DNA of 64,000 nt from an uncultured Blautia sp. (lineage in GTDB: Bacteria; Bacillota; Clostridia; Lachnospirales; Lachnospiraceae): the NCBI GenBank assembly GCA_934373235.1, contig CAKROW010000008.1, positions 1,039 to 65,038 of the forward strand, given 5' to 3'. Under the pieces are notes generated by a model that had not been told where the DNA came from, did not search any database, and was given only the letters and a program-made list of their open reading frames with translations. A program made the translations under genes and the position numbers. Positions 1 to 9,406 of the stretch are shown in pieces; position 1 is the stretch's first letter, and the number at the start of each line of letters is the position of its first letter.

Positions 1-7
1 TGAAAAT

Positions 8-91
8 GCAGGAATGGCGGAATTGGCAGACGCGCAGGCTTCAGGTGCCTGTGGTCGCAAGATCGTGTGGGTTCAAGTCCCATTTCCTGCA
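8..91 (+). tRNA. tRNA-Leu (anticodon CAG), class II with long variable arm
   Basis: Acceptor stem GCAGGAA(8-14)/TTCCTGC(84-90) with discriminator A91. Anticodon stem CAGGC(35-39)/GCCTG(47-51) around loop TTCAGGT, anticodon CAG at 42-44. Long variable arm and T-loop GGTTCAAGTCC. CCA is not encoded. Confidence 0.9.
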
Positions 92-120
92 TTATTTTTA
101 TTTTATCCAAAATCAAAAAA

Positions 121-157
121 ACAGAAGTGCTTCGTAACCGGCACTTCTGTTTTTTTA
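121..157. terminator. Bidirectional rho-independent terminator between tRNA-Leu and the convergent lspA-like gene
   Basis: Perfect 10-bp stem ACAGAAGTGC(121-130)/GCACTTCTGT(141-150). A-run immediately upstream and T-run at 151-157. Confidence 0.8.
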
Positions 158-158
158 T

Positions 159-626
159 TTATTTCTTTCTGTCTGAAAAGAAGTTCCCTGCTGCCCACAT
201 GGCACTTCCTGCAAAAATAAAGAAATCTGAAATATTAAATACAACCTTCTTAAGCTTCTCATTTCCCAAGTCAAAGCTTACATAATCCGTGACATATCCC
301 CGGTTCTTCCGTTCCAGATAGTTATTCAGGCCTCCGCCCAGAACCATGGACAGCCCCAGTTTTGAAAGTTTTCCACTGTCACGGGTCTTTGTCCGTATGG
401 TTTCCCACAGTACTCCACCTAAAACCAGTGTGGATATCTCACGGACAGATGCCTTATCTTTCTTTTCCAGGATTCCCAGCATCATTCCCTCATTATGGCA
501 GTTGCGGAGAATGACCCGTCCGCCAAGTTTCTTCTCTGTTGTTCCCTGTATCCTGTCAGAATTCACATGTTCCTTCACGCAGTGATCAAGAGCATAGACT
601 CCTGCTGTAAGCAGACTGTAGATCAT
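159..626 (-). CDS. Signal peptidase II (LspA)-like membrane protein, divergent
   Basis: 155-aa ORF with LspA-like motif order: ALDHCVKEHV, RNCHNEGMMLGIL (in place of NTGAAFG), LGGGLNNYLER..GYVTDYV, VVFNISDFF. The first catalytic Asp position (IDR) reads LER. Confidence 0.6.
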   Translation of the reverse strand: MIYSLLTAGVYALDHCVKEHVNSDRIQGTTEKKLGGRVILRNCHNEGMMLGILEKKDKASVREISTLVLGGVLWETIRTKTRDSGKLSKLGLSMVLGGGLNNYLERKNRGYVTDYVSFDLGNEKLKKVVFNISDFFIFAGSAMWAAGNFFSDRKK

Positions 627-1246
627 TTGTTATCACCTGATTTCTCCAGATTTACACCTGTATGCTCAGCAGCTTCTGTTCCTGCCTGAGCTTCTTCTGA
701 AATATCTGCCTCCGGATCTCCGGCTGCTTCTGTCTCTGCAGATGCTTCTGCTGTTGTGTCTGTTTTATCTTCTGTTCCTTCTGTTTCTGTTGTTTCTTCT
801 GTTTCTCCAACTACCTGAGCATCCTTAACATCATCATCGATCTGTTCGATCACATCTCTCGCCTGTTCCTCAAGCTCAGGTGTAGGGCAGGCTGCGCCAC
901 AGTAAGGGCAGAAATTGGCTTCCCTCATCACTGCCTTATGGCAGGCGGGGCAGTATTTCTCCCCATTATGGGCAGCAATGACATCTCTGTAATGATCTGC
1001 CACCTGCATATGCTGGCTGATCTCCTGGCAGAGTATCCCAAGCTCTCCGTCAACGCCTTCTCCCTGCTCATACCGTGCATAGATCACACGGCCAATATCC
1101 ATCATGGCTTTCTCTGCCAGTTGTTCTTCCCCGGAGAGCTGGTTCCGGATCTTCTGTACCTCATAAAGGTCCTCAGCCTTCTGGCTGATATTCCTGGCTG
1201 TCTTCGCTATGATCGCTCCGATCCCGCTGAAAAAATCATTTCCCAT
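623..1246 (-). CDS. Zinc-ribbon domain protein with acidic low-complexity C-terminus
   Basis: 207-aa ORF with CPACHKAVMREANFCPYCGAAC (CxxC..CxxC zinc ribbon). The C-terminal ~70 aa are rich in E/T/D/A. Its stop overlaps the start of the downstream gene (ATGA at 623-626). Confidence 0.6.
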   Translation of the reverse strand: MGNDFFSGIGAIIAKTARNISQKAEDLYEVQKIRNQLSGEEQLAEKAMMDIGRVIYARYEQGEGVDGELGILCQEISQHMQVADHYRDVIAAHNGEKYCPACHKAVMREANFCPYCGAACPTPELEEQARDVIEQIDDDVKDAQVVGETEETTETEGTEDKTDTTAEASAETEAAGDPEADISEEAQAGTEAAEHTGVNLEKSGDNK

Positions 1247-1302
1247 TAATCTGCATCCCCTGACTGTTTTAAAGCGGATATTTCGCTTCCATACATGCTC
1301 AT

Positions 1303-1335
1303 GAACGCACAGACCGCCTGGCAGTCTGTGCGTTC
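1303..1335 (-). terminator. Strong hairpin just after the clpX stop (possible terminator, no clear U-tract on the minus strand)
   Basis: 12-bp perfect stem GAACGCACAGAC(1303-1314)/GTCTGTGCGTTC(1324-1335) with a 9-nt loop. The T-rich flank is on the plus-strand side only. Confidence 0.35.
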
Positions 1336-1341
1336 TGTTTT

Positions 1342-2736
1342 CTATTCTTCACTTCCGATATGCGGGACTTCCTGGCCTCTTAAAAGAATCCTCGGCCCGC
1401 CATTTCCCTCAATGTAACTCTCTGTGATCACAACCTCACCAATGCTGTCATCCTTTGGAATCTCATACATGATATCCAGCATATACTCTTCCAGGATCGC
1501 ACGGAGGGCACGGGCTCCTGTATGACGCTCCAGAGCTTTCCTTGCAATGGCATGAAGGGCACCGTCCTCAAACTCCAGCTTCACCTCATCCAGTGCAAGA
1601 AGCTTCTTGTACTGCTTCAGGATCGCATTCTTCGGCTCTTTCAGGATCTGCACAAGCATATCCTCATTCAGTCCGTTTAATGTAAATATAATCGGAAGAC
1701 GTCCGATAAATTCCGGAATCATGCCAAAACTTCTCAGATCATCCACTGTCACCTTTTCAAGCACACGAGGATCATTGTCATACTTATCCTTAAGGTCTGC
1801 ATAAAATCCGATGGATGCCTGCTTGTTCAGTCTCTCCTTGATGATATTCTCAAGATCCGGGAAAGCACCTCCGCAGATAAAAAGAATATTCCTGGTATTC
1901 ACAGTTACCATAGGCACCATTGCGTTCTTGCTGGTGGCTCCTACCGGCACCTCCACCTCACTGCCCTCAAGAAGCTTCAGAAGTCCCTGCTGTACGGCTT
2001 CACCACTTACATCTCTCTGATTGGTATTCTTCTTCTTGGCAATCTTGTCGATCTCATCAATAAAGATGATTCCATGTTCTGCCTTCTCCACATCATTATC
2101 CGCTGCTGCAAGAAGCTTAGACACAACACTCTCAATATCATCACCAATGTATCCTGCCTCAGTAAGAGAAGTTGCATCTGCAATGGCAAGAGGCACCTCA
2201 AGAAGCTTGGCAAGCATCTTGACCAGATATGTCTTACCACAGCCGGTTGGTCCGATCATAAGCATGTTGGACTTCTCGATCTCGATCTCATCCATGGTAT
2301 CTGTGGCAACACGTTTATAATGGTTGTAAACACCTACAGACATAACCTTCTTGGCATATTCCTGTCCGATAACGTACTGGTCCAGGGCTGCCTTGATCTT
2401 ATGGGGAGCCGGGATATCCTTAAGGTTGATAGCCGGCTTGGGGGTTTCGGATTTCTTCTTGATCTTCTTTGGCTGGTTCATGGGATTCTGAAGGCTGCTG
2501 AGATCGATCATGCTCACATTGGGCATGTTAAAAAGATCTCCGTAGTTCATGTTCCCGTTATTCATCTGTGTATTCATGGTATCAAAGCTCTTCTGCATGC
2601 AGTCAGAGCATATATGTATATTATTGGGAAGGTCGATCATCTTCCCGGCCTGACTCTCCGGCCTGCGGCATAAAAAGCAGAATTTCTCATATTTCTGCTC
2701 TTCGTCTTTGTTATCGTTGTCAAACTGATCTGCCAT
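1342..2736 (-). CDS. clpX: ATP-dependent Clp protease ATP-binding subunit ClpX
   Basis: N-terminal C4 zinc finger (CFLCRR...CSDCM), Walker A GPTGCGKT, pore loop GYIG, IGF ClpP-docking loop (SIGF), sensor region. At 464 aa it has a long Asn/Met/Lys-rich linker after the zinc finger. Confidence 0.93.
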   Translation of the reverse strand: MADQFDNDNKDEEQKYEKFCFLCRRPESQAGKMIDLPNNIHICSDCMQKSFDTMNTQMNNGNMNYGDLFNMPNVSMIDLSSLQNPMNQPKKIKKKSETPKPAINLKDIPAPHKIKAALDQYVIGQEYAKKVMSVGVYNHYKRVATDTMDEIEIEKSNMLMIGPTGCGKTYLVKMLAKLLEVPLAIADATSLTEAGYIGDDIESVVSKLLAAADNDVEKAEHGIIFIDEIDKIAKKKNTNQRDVSGEAVQQGLLKLLEGSEVEVPVGATSKNAMVPMVTVNTRNILFICGGAFPDLENIIKERLNKQASIGFYADLKDKYDNDPRVLEKVTVDDLRSFGMIPEFIGRLPIIFTLNGLNEDMLVQILKEPKNAILKQYKKLLALDEVKLEFEDGALHAIARKALERHTGARALRAILEEYMLDIMYEIPKDDSIGEVVITESYIEGNGGPRILLRGQEVPHIGSEE

Positions 2737-2773
2737 AATGTTCCCTTTCTCTTCTCTGTTATTTCTGCCCTAC

Positions 2774-2801
2774 ATTATAACATATTATCTCCGGGTATCA
2801 A
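2774..2801 (-). promoter_or_regulatory. Candidate sigma-A promoter for clpX
   Basis: On the minus strand: TTGATA (2801-2796), 16-nt spacer, TGtTATAAT extended -10 (TATAAT = 2779-2774), about 38 nt upstream of the clpX ATG. Confidence 0.55.
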
Positions 2802-2865
2802 ATTAACTTTTTATAAAAAGAAAAGAACCGCCTGTGCAGTCCTTTTCTGTTGATCTGTCCTATTT

Positions 2866-4314
2866 TTATTCTTCTGTGGAAGATTTGCTTCCAAGTGTTA
2901 CCTCCACAGTTTCCTCCTTGTACTCACCATTTTCTGCCCGGGCTACCACAAGTTCGATTTTTTCGCCGGCCTCATAGTACTGGAGCTTCTCGCTTAAATC
3001 TTTTCTGCCACTCACCTTCTGTCCGTCAAGCTTCACGATGATATCGCCTTTTGTAATACCAGCCTCATCTGCCGCACTGCCGGATGCCACATCTGTAAGA
3101 AATGCTCCTGCCGGCATATTGTACATCTGAATGGCCTCAGAAGTAAGATCCGCCGCTACCACGCCCAGATATCCTGCCTTGGAGGTATCCGATACCTTTT
3201 CACGTGTCTCTCTGTTCATAAGTTCTTCAAGGATTGGCTCTGCCTTGGAGATCGGGATCGCATATCCCATTCCTTCTACTGCGCTGTCAGCATATTTTGC
3301 TGAATTGATGCCGATGACCTCACCTTTCATATTCAGAAGAGCACCGCCACTGTTTCCGGGGTTGATGGCTGCATCAGTCTGGATCAGACCTGTTGTCTCT
3401 GTATTATCTGTTGTGATGCTTCTGTTCAGGGCACTGACCCATCCGGATGTAACAGACTGCCCATATCCGAGAGCATTACCGATAGCCACGACCTGCTGGC
3501 CTACCACCAGATCATCAGAACTTCCAAGCTGTGCGATCTTGATCTCATTCATGGTGTCATCGGGGATGTCACTTTTGGAGACTGCAATCACAGCAAGATC
3601 ATTATCCTCATCTGTTCCTTTGATCTTGGCAGATACTGCATCTTCTACATTTACATCGCTGTCACTGGCCATGTTCTGTGTCTCTTCTTCTGCATCTACC
3701 ACATCATTCCCAATGAAGCACACAGTCAGCGTAGTCGCACCGGAAACCACATGGTTGTTGGTCGCAATGAGAAGTTCATCATCATTTTCTCCTACGATAA
3801 TACCGGATCCGCTTCCTGCACTCTGATACTGTCTTGTACCAAATCCAAAGAAACTCGGGATTTCCTGCACACTTACGGATGTAATGGCAACAACGGAAGG
3901 CATGGTGGCCTGTGCTACTCCTGCCACAGTTCCGTTCTCTGCAATAATATCCGAAACATCAGAGCTGGCATCAGAAGTATCCGAGGATGCTGTGGTCTCC
4001 GGCACTGTCTCTGTAGTTCCGATCTCAGAGGTGGTGCTGTCCTTTCCCCTGATCTTATCTGCTGTGATATTTACTCCCTGGAATACCAGGCCTGCAACCA
4101 ACCCGAAGATCACTGCCAGTGCCACGGCCATCCCTGCTTTTTTTCCGAAATTACCGCCATTTCCGGAGGGCTTTACCGGAGGCCTTCCGGTTCCTCCTGC
4201 ATAATGCTCGATCTGTGGCTGGCGTACCTGATAATGCGCATATCTGGGTGGCGGTGTCTGGCCGCCGGTTCCACTGTTCTGCGGTTCCTGCCCCCATCTG
4301 TTTTCTTCTCCCAT
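2866..4314 (-). CDS. htrA: HtrA/DegP-family serine protease (trypsin-like domain plus C-terminal PDZ), membrane anchored
   Basis: GNSGGALLN serine motif, HV..NNHVV His region, C-terminal PDZ-like segment (GITKGDIIVKLDG). N-terminal Pro/Gly-rich tail followed by one TM helix. Confidence 0.9.
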   Translation of the reverse strand: MGEENRWGQEPQNSGTGGQTPPPRYAHYQVRQPQIEHYAGGTGRPPVKPSGNGGNFGKKAGMAVALAVIFGLVAGLVFQGVNITADKIRGKDSTTSEIGTTETVPETTASSDTSDASSDVSDIIAENGTVAGVAQATMPSVVAITSVSVQEIPSFFGFGTRQYQSAGSGSGIIVGENDDELLIATNNHVVSGATTLTVCFIGNDVVDAEEETQNMASDSDVNVEDAVSAKIKGTDEDNDLAVIAVSKSDIPDDTMNEIKIAQLGSSDDLVVGQQVVAIGNALGYGQSVTSGWVSALNRSITTDNTETTGLIQTDAAINPGNSGGALLNMKGEVIGINSAKYADSAVEGMGYAIPISKAEPILEELMNRETREKVSDTSKAGYLGVVAADLTSEAIQMYNMPAGAFLTDVASGSAADEAGITKGDIIVKLDGQKVSGRKDLSEKLQYYEAGEKIELVVARAENGEYKEETVEVTLGSKSSTEE

Positions 4315-4489
4315 ATTTATCTGCTCCCTTCACCTACAGCCTTCCGGGTAGTCATTATATCCTTTACCGGACTGCCATAGCTCTTTATCCATCTTTTAGA
4401 CTCCAGTTTAACAGGCATTTGTGTTTAAAATGTGACAGATTATTAAAAATAGAGTGATGCCTGAAAATATTCTTCTCTGCTGTAGTCTT

Positions 4490-5416
4490 TTATTTCTCTG
4501 TCCAGTATGAAGGGTTCATTGTACACATGGAGATCACCCTGTCAGGAAGCCTGCGATAGCGTTTTCCAAGGAAATATCCTGCATATTTGGAAACGCTCTG
4601 AAAGAACAATCCGGGCAGAAGCCAGGGTCTTCCCTTTTTTATAAGATAAGCTGCGCTTTTTTTCACAAGGCGTATTCCTTCGCCTTCAGAGGGAACTCCC
4701 TCAAAGACATCCGGATGATCTGCCTGGGATACACCCAGGTCAAAATTTCTGTGAAACTGTTCCCTGCAGTTATAATTATGTGAGTGATATACTCTGGCAT
4801 CTGCCGCATAGGCGATCCGGTAGCCTTTTTTTGCCATCCAGCCTGCATAGATCATATCCTCATTAAAAATAGCACGTTCCGGAAAGCCCCCTACCTCTTC
4901 GTAGATCTTTTTGTCATAAGCTGCACACACATTAGAGCAGAAATAGGTCTTGATGCCATATTTCTCCACGTCCTTCTCCCCCTTCACAGATGACTGCTCC
5001 GGATAATTAAACGAGCGGGTATAACGTTCCAGAAAACGGCAGTCTTCTTTTGGAAGCTGGCGGGCGTAAGCTGCTCCGATGTTCTTATTTTCTGTAACAG
5101 CTTTTACCAGGCTGCGGATCAAGTGCCTGTCTGCAGGAAGTGCATCCTGGGTCATAAATACCATGATATCTGCCTGGGAAATATCTGCCGCTTTTCTTCT
5201 GGTGCCGCCATGGTCAAAATCTGCTTTTTTCAGATGATGCACCTCTACCAGGGGATAGCTTTCTTCCCAGGAACTGTCCCAGTACTTCTCCTCTGTATTC
5301 ATAACAAGTATCTTATTTACAGGATGATCCTGTCTTGAAAGCCGTTCCAGAAGGCTGGTAAACTCAGCTCCCGGACGATAGGTTGGAATGATCACGTCTG
5401 TTTTTACTGTATTCAT
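4490..5416 (-). CDS. Family 2 glycosyltransferase (rhamnosyltransferase-like)
   Basis: VIIPTYRPG start of a GT-A fold, FMTQDA (DxD-equivalent) motif, 308 aa. RBS GGAGAG upstream of the ATG. Confidence 0.8.
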   Translation of the reverse strand: MNTVKTDVIIPTYRPGAEFTSLLERLSRQDHPVNKILVMNTEEKYWDSSWEESYPLVEVHHLKKADFDHGGTRRKAADISQADIMVFMTQDALPADRHLIRSLVKAVTENKNIGAAYARQLPKEDCRFLERYTRSFNYPEQSSVKGEKDVEKYGIKTYFCSNVCAAYDKKIYEEVGGFPERAIFNEDMIYAGWMAKKGYRIAYAADARVYHSHNYNCREQFHRNFDLGVSQADHPDVFEGVPSEGEGIRLVKKSAAYLIKKGRPWLLPGLFFQSVSKYAGYFLGKRYRRLPDRVISMCTMNPSYWTEK

Positions 5417-5438
5417 CTTCTTCTCTCCGATTATAAAA

Positions 5439-5464
5439 AGACCATCCGCAAAAATGGATGGTCT
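5439..5464 (-). terminator. Rho-independent terminator between the LCP gene and the last GT2 gene
   Basis: 9-bp stem AGACCATCC(5439-5447)/GGATGGTCT(5456-5464). On the minus strand it is followed by TTTTTATAAT. It lies in the 54-nt gap 5417-5470. Confidence 0.55.
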
Positions 5465-5470
5465 GTTTTA

Positions 5471-6940
5471 TTATTCTCCGTCACCGAGGTCGCCTGCATC
5501 TTCGCCGCCTGCGTCCTCTGCTCCGGTATCTCCTGCATCTCCTGCTCCGCTGTCAGTATCTCCGCCGATATCTCCATCTGCGCCATTGTCAGAGTCTCCA
5601 GCAGCATCACCTGTAGTATCGGTATCTGCACCGCTGTAATCAACATCTGTACTGTCAGTGTTATCATTGTAATCTGCATCTCCGCCACCGGTATTATCGT
5701 TTCCGGTGTCATATCCGGGATCATAGTCATCTGACGTATCCTCTGAATAATCCGGTGTATAATCAGGCTCACTGTAAGAATAATCATCTGAGCTGTCATC
5801 AGCCTGCCAGATCACCGCATCATCTGTGGTGGTTTCCGTATCCGGTGTCTCGGTGATCACCGGTGCTGTTTCCTGTACTCCCGTACCATCCACGATCTGT
5901 GTGATATGGTTGCTTCGATCTGTGATAACTGCTGTAGGTGTATATCCTGTACTTCCGTAAAGGAAATCATGGATCTTCACAACATTGGTTTCCAGTGTCA
6001 TAGGCACGATAACGCTGCCCTTCACAGTAGCAAACTTATATTCCAGCGGGAAACCTGATGTGTCATCAATACTGTATCCGATCATGGCCGGGATCATCTG
6101 AAGGATCTCTGTCTTGGATACAGATGTTTTGATCATAGGGAAAACCTGATCCATAATATCAAAAATAGTACTCAGGCCTGCAGATTTGGCCTTGTCCACG
6201 ATCATCTGGATCACACGCCTCTGTCTCTCAGTACGTCCCATATCAAGACTTGCAGTGTAACGGATACGGCAGTAGGAAGTTGCCTGTACACCATTCAGGT
6301 GATAGGTTCCCACGATCGCCTCCTGATCTTCCGGTTTTGGCTCCGGCAGCTCTACCGGTGTATAACTTTTGCCGGTCTCCTCTGATGTCTCCACACAGTA
6401 GTTGTTCATATGAACGATCTCCGCATAGGAAAGAGGAATATCAAGTCCTCCAAGACAGTCAACCACTGTAACCAGTGCGTCAAAATCGATCGCAACATAA
6501 TCGGTGATGTTCAGGTCAAGGTTTGTGTTCAGCATGGAAATAGCCTGTGCGGGGCCTCCCAGTGCATAGGCTGCATTGGCCTTGGTATAGGTGTCGTCTC
6601 CCACATTAAGGAGGGTATCTCTGTATACAGAAACAAGTTTCACAGCCTTGGTATCATTATTGATGCTGGCAATGATAATGGTATCGCTGTTCTCAGTATT
6701 CAGCTTCTCATTCTTGTTTCTGTGGTCCAGACCAAACAGTGCGTACGTTGTATAACCTGTCATCTGCGGTGCCTGATCATTGGTTACAATATCCTGTTCT
6801 GAAAGATCCGTCTCCTGGATATCGATCTTATCCAGTCTGGAAGAAATCTGTCCATATACGTAAAGACCGCCGATAAACAGCAGCAAAACGACAATTTCCA
6901 GAATGAACAGGAATTTTTTCTTTTTTCGTGGTCTCGCCAT
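5471..6940 (-). CDS. LytR-CpsA-Psr (LCP) family glycopolymer-peptidoglycan ligase with long acidic C-terminal tail
   Basis: N-terminal basic segment plus TM helix. LCP core motifs (YALFGLDHRN..SDTIIIASIN, VSVYRDT, RIRY..DMGRTERQRRV). The last ~110 aa are D/G/T/Y/S low complexity. Confidence 0.85.
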   Translation of the reverse strand: MARPRKKKKFLFILEIVVLLLFIGGLYVYGQISSRLDKIDIQETDLSEQDIVTNDQAPQMTGYTTYALFGLDHRNKNEKLNTENSDTIIIASINNDTKAVKLVSVYRDTLLNVGDDTYTKANAAYALGGPAQAISMLNTNLDLNITDYVAIDFDALVTVVDCLGGLDIPLSYAEIVHMNNYCVETSEETGKSYTPVELPEPKPEDQEAIVGTYHLNGVQATSYCRIRYTASLDMGRTERQRRVIQMIVDKAKSAGLSTIFDIMDQVFPMIKTSVSKTEILQMIPAMIGYSIDDTSGFPLEYKFATVKGSVIVPMTLETNVVKIHDFLYGSTGYTPTAVITDRSNHITQIVDGTGVQETAPVITETPDTETTTDDAVIWQADDSSDDYSYSEPDYTPDYSEDTSDDYDPGYDTGNDNTGGGDADYNDNTDSTDVDYSGADTDTTGDAAGDSDNGADGDIGGDTDSGAGDAGDTGAEDAGGEDAGDLGDGE

Positions 6941-6954
6941 CTTTTTTCCCCTTT

Positions 6955-8373
6955 TTAATATGCGTTCTTGTTGATAAAGCCTTTAAATATAGTAAGGAAC
7001 ATGATCTTGATATCCAGTCCCACAGACCAGTTTTCGATGTAATAAAGATCACATTCAATACGTTTCCTGATAGAAGTATCTCCCCGGTAACCGTTTACCT
7101 GTGCCCATCCGGTAAGTCCCGGGCGCACCTGATGTTTTACCATGTACCTGGGTATCTCCTCACGGAATTTCTCCACAAAAAACGGTCTCTCAGGGCGAGG
7201 TCCCACCAGACTCATCTCTCCCTTGAGGATGTTAAAAAGCTGTGGAAGTTCGTCCAGACTGGTATGGCGCATAAATTTGCCGATACCTGTGACCCTCGGG
7301 TCATTCTTTACTGTCCACGCCTTTTTTTCTTCGGATTCCTTCTGTACTTCCATTGAGCGGAACTTGTACATCCAGAAGGTCTGGTTATGAAGTCCCACAC
7401 GTTCCTGCCTGTAGATCAGCGGCCCCGGCGAAGTAAGCTTGATAAGCCCGCACAGAACCAGCATCACCGGCGATGCAACAATGATCGCAGCAACAGAACC
7501 GGCAATATCCATGGCTCTCTTTACAAGTGCATTGAACGTATTACTCAGCGGTACATACCGGATGTTGATCACCGGCAGCCCCAGAATATCCTCTGTGTAA
7601 GGCTTTGTTGGAATGATATTGTTGTAGTCCGGAATAAACTTAGTGTGGACTCCTGACTTCTCACAAAGTGCTACGATCTCCTCAAGACGATAATATTCAC
7701 TCAGTCCCAGGGTAATGGCAATCTCATCCAGACGGCTGGAGGGCAGGATGATCATAAGATTGGCAATTCTTCCAATCACCTTGATCCCCTTGTAAGTGGT
7801 TCCCGCCGGAACATTGTCATCCAGAATTCCCCTGATCACATATCCCCACTGCGGATTCTGCAGAATCCTGTCAATGTATTCCTCTGCGGCACGGCTGTAT
7901 CCCACCAGAAGCACCTGTTTCTGGTTCATTCCCTTTTTGCGCATATCCCGGAGGATACAGAACACAAACATCCTGACTCCCCACTCAAGAACAATATTGA
8001 TCAGGCAGAAAGATACCAGGGTAAGACGGGAATAATCCAGTTCCTTAAAGTTATAAAGTGCAAACATGATGAACAGGAGCCCTAACACGTTTGCCTTCAC
8101 AATATTGGCAAGCACGAGACGGCGCCCCTGCATCCGCATCGGTGTATACAGATCAAAAGCCTGGTACAAAAGAAGATATCCGGGAATGATGAATATAAGC
8201 ATAAACATATATTCCTGGACCGTCTTGGACTGAACCGCCGAGTGTTCAAAAATACCCTGAAAACGGATCAGCCACGCCAGACCATATGATATTGCAACTA
8301 CAAATACATCAATCAGCATATGGAGACGACTGAAATTCTTCTGATTATCCTTAATCAATTTCCGCCACCTCAT
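6955..8373 (-). CDS. Polyprenyl-phosphate hexose-1-phosphate transferase (large PHPT, WcaJ/CpsE-like initiating enzyme)
   Basis: Several N-terminal TM helices and a C-terminal bacterial sugar transferase domain ([38 protein letters not shown]). Confidence 0.9.
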   Translation of the reverse strand: MRWRKLIKDNQKNFSRLHMLIDVFVVAISYGLAWLIRFQGIFEHSAVQSKTVQEYMFMLIFIIPGYLLLYQAFDLYTPMRMQGRRLVLANIVKANVLGLLFIMFALYNFKELDYSRLTLVSFCLINIVLEWGVRMFVFCILRDMRKKGMNQKQVLLVGYSRAAEEYIDRILQNPQWGYVIRGILDDNVPAGTTYKGIKVIGRIANLMIILPSSRLDEIAITLGLSEYYRLEEIVALCEKSGVHTKFIPDYNNIIPTKPYTEDILGLPVINIRYVPLSNTFNALVKRAMDIAGSVAAIIVASPVMLVLCGLIKLTSPGPLIYRQERVGLHNQTFWMYKFRSMEVQKESEEKKAWTVKNDPRVTGIGKFMRHTSLDELPQLFNILKGEMSLVGPRPERPFFVEKFREEIPRYMVKHQVRPGLTGWAQVNGYRGDTSIRKRIECDLYYIENWSVGLDIKIMFLTIFKGFINKNAY

Positions 8374-8443
8374 TTAAATTCATTGCCATTATCTTATAAT
8401 AGATGAATGGTAAAATCAACAAAAATTTATCTAAACGCTTCAT

Positions 8444-9400
8444 TCAGCCTGCAAAACGGCGGAACATATTCACCCACAGCTCGATCTGGAGCTTCACATA
8501 ATGATGGATATTGCGCAGGGAAAACTTCACTTTTCTGCCTTTTGCACTGATCTGAAAACCGTTCTTGATCCCTGCCACATACTCTCTTCCGTAGCCCTTG
8601 GATGCAAAAAATATTACCTTTGCACCGAATCCGGTGATCAGGAAAGGAAGGTTCAGGATGATCTGTATCCATGGCATGTTTTTATAGATCAGGTAAATAT
8701 TGTTTCTGGAAGAATACCGGATCTTGAAATGATTGTATCTGGATCCGCTGGTTCCGCTTCCCACATGATATACCACTGCTTTTGGCGCATACCAGTTCTC
8801 ATAGCCCTCAATCCTTGCCCTGTATCCGATATCCAGATCTTCCAGATATGCAAAATGCTCCTCGTCAAAATCTCCGATCTGCTCAATGACCTTCTTCCTG
8901 TAAATGGCAGCTCCCGCACAGGAGGAAAAGATCTTCTGCTCTTTGTTGTATCTGTCAATATCCTTTCCCTTGCCTCTGGCAAATGCCCATCCAAGGGCAC
9001 AGTAATAATTACCTGCATCATCCATCTTATCCCGGTCATGAAGCTGGATCATCTTTGCCTGGCAGGAAAAAGCTCTTTTGTGTCTCCTGATAGCTGCCAC
9101 CATCTCCTCCAGAAAATCCACTTCCACTTCCGTGTCATTATTCAGAAGGAGAACGTACCCGGATCTGGCCGCCCTGATTCCCTCATTGACCGCTCTGCTG
9201 AACCCGAAATTTTCAGGCAGCTCTATAATATGGACCCATGGATATTCTGCCGCCACAAAAGCACAGCTTCCGTCTGTAGATCCGTTATCTACCAGTATGA
9301 CCTCGTAATTTTTTATTGTCTGTCTCTCCAGGCTGGAAAGAACTCCCTCAAGATATGCCATTCCGTTAAAATTAGGAATAACTACTGATACTTCCTGCAT
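8444..9400 (-). CDS. Family 2 glycosyltransferase (WbbL-like)
   Basis: VVIPNFNG, VILVDNGSTDGS, LLNNDTEV motifs of a GT-A/GT2 fold. 318 aa. Confidence 0.85.
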   Translation of the reverse strand: MQEVSVVIPNFNGMAYLEGVLSSLERQTIKNYEVILVDNGSTDGSCAFVAAEYPWVHIIELPENFGFSRAVNEGIRAARSGYVLLLNNDTEVEVDFLEEMVAAIRRHKRAFSCQAKMIQLHDRDKMDDAGNYYCALGWAFARGKGKDIDRYNKEQKIFSSCAGAAIYRKKVIEQIGDFDEEHFAYLEDLDIGYRARIEGYENWYAPKAVVYHVGSGTSGSRYNHFKIRYSSRNNIYLIYKNMPWIQIILNLPFLITGFGAKVIFFASKGYGREYVAGIKNGFQISAKGRKVKFSLRNIHHYVKLQIELWVNMFRRFAG

Positions 9401-9406
9401 TGCTTT

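Noticed and set aside
14-285. Two small plus-strand ORFs (14-220 and 67-285).
   Set aside because: They overlap the tRNA-Leu gene and the bidirectional terminator. They have no RBS and a low-complexity translation, so they are artefacts of the ORF track.
5428-5433. A TATAAT hexamer right after the intra-operon terminator, considered as a promoter for the last GT2 gene.
   Set aside because: It overlaps the gene's RBS. A transcript starting ~7 nt downstream would lack the RBS, and no -35 element is present.
8501-9388. 295-aa plus-strand ORF antisense to the GT2 gene. Similar long antisense ORFs occur at 12149-13069, 14076-14852, 16045-17079, 18256-19068 and 24989-25654.
   Set aside because: Each lies entirely within a gene on the opposite strand that has clear family motifs. 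The translations are Cys/His/Leu-rich with no recognisable domains or RBS. This is typical of stop-poor antisense frames.
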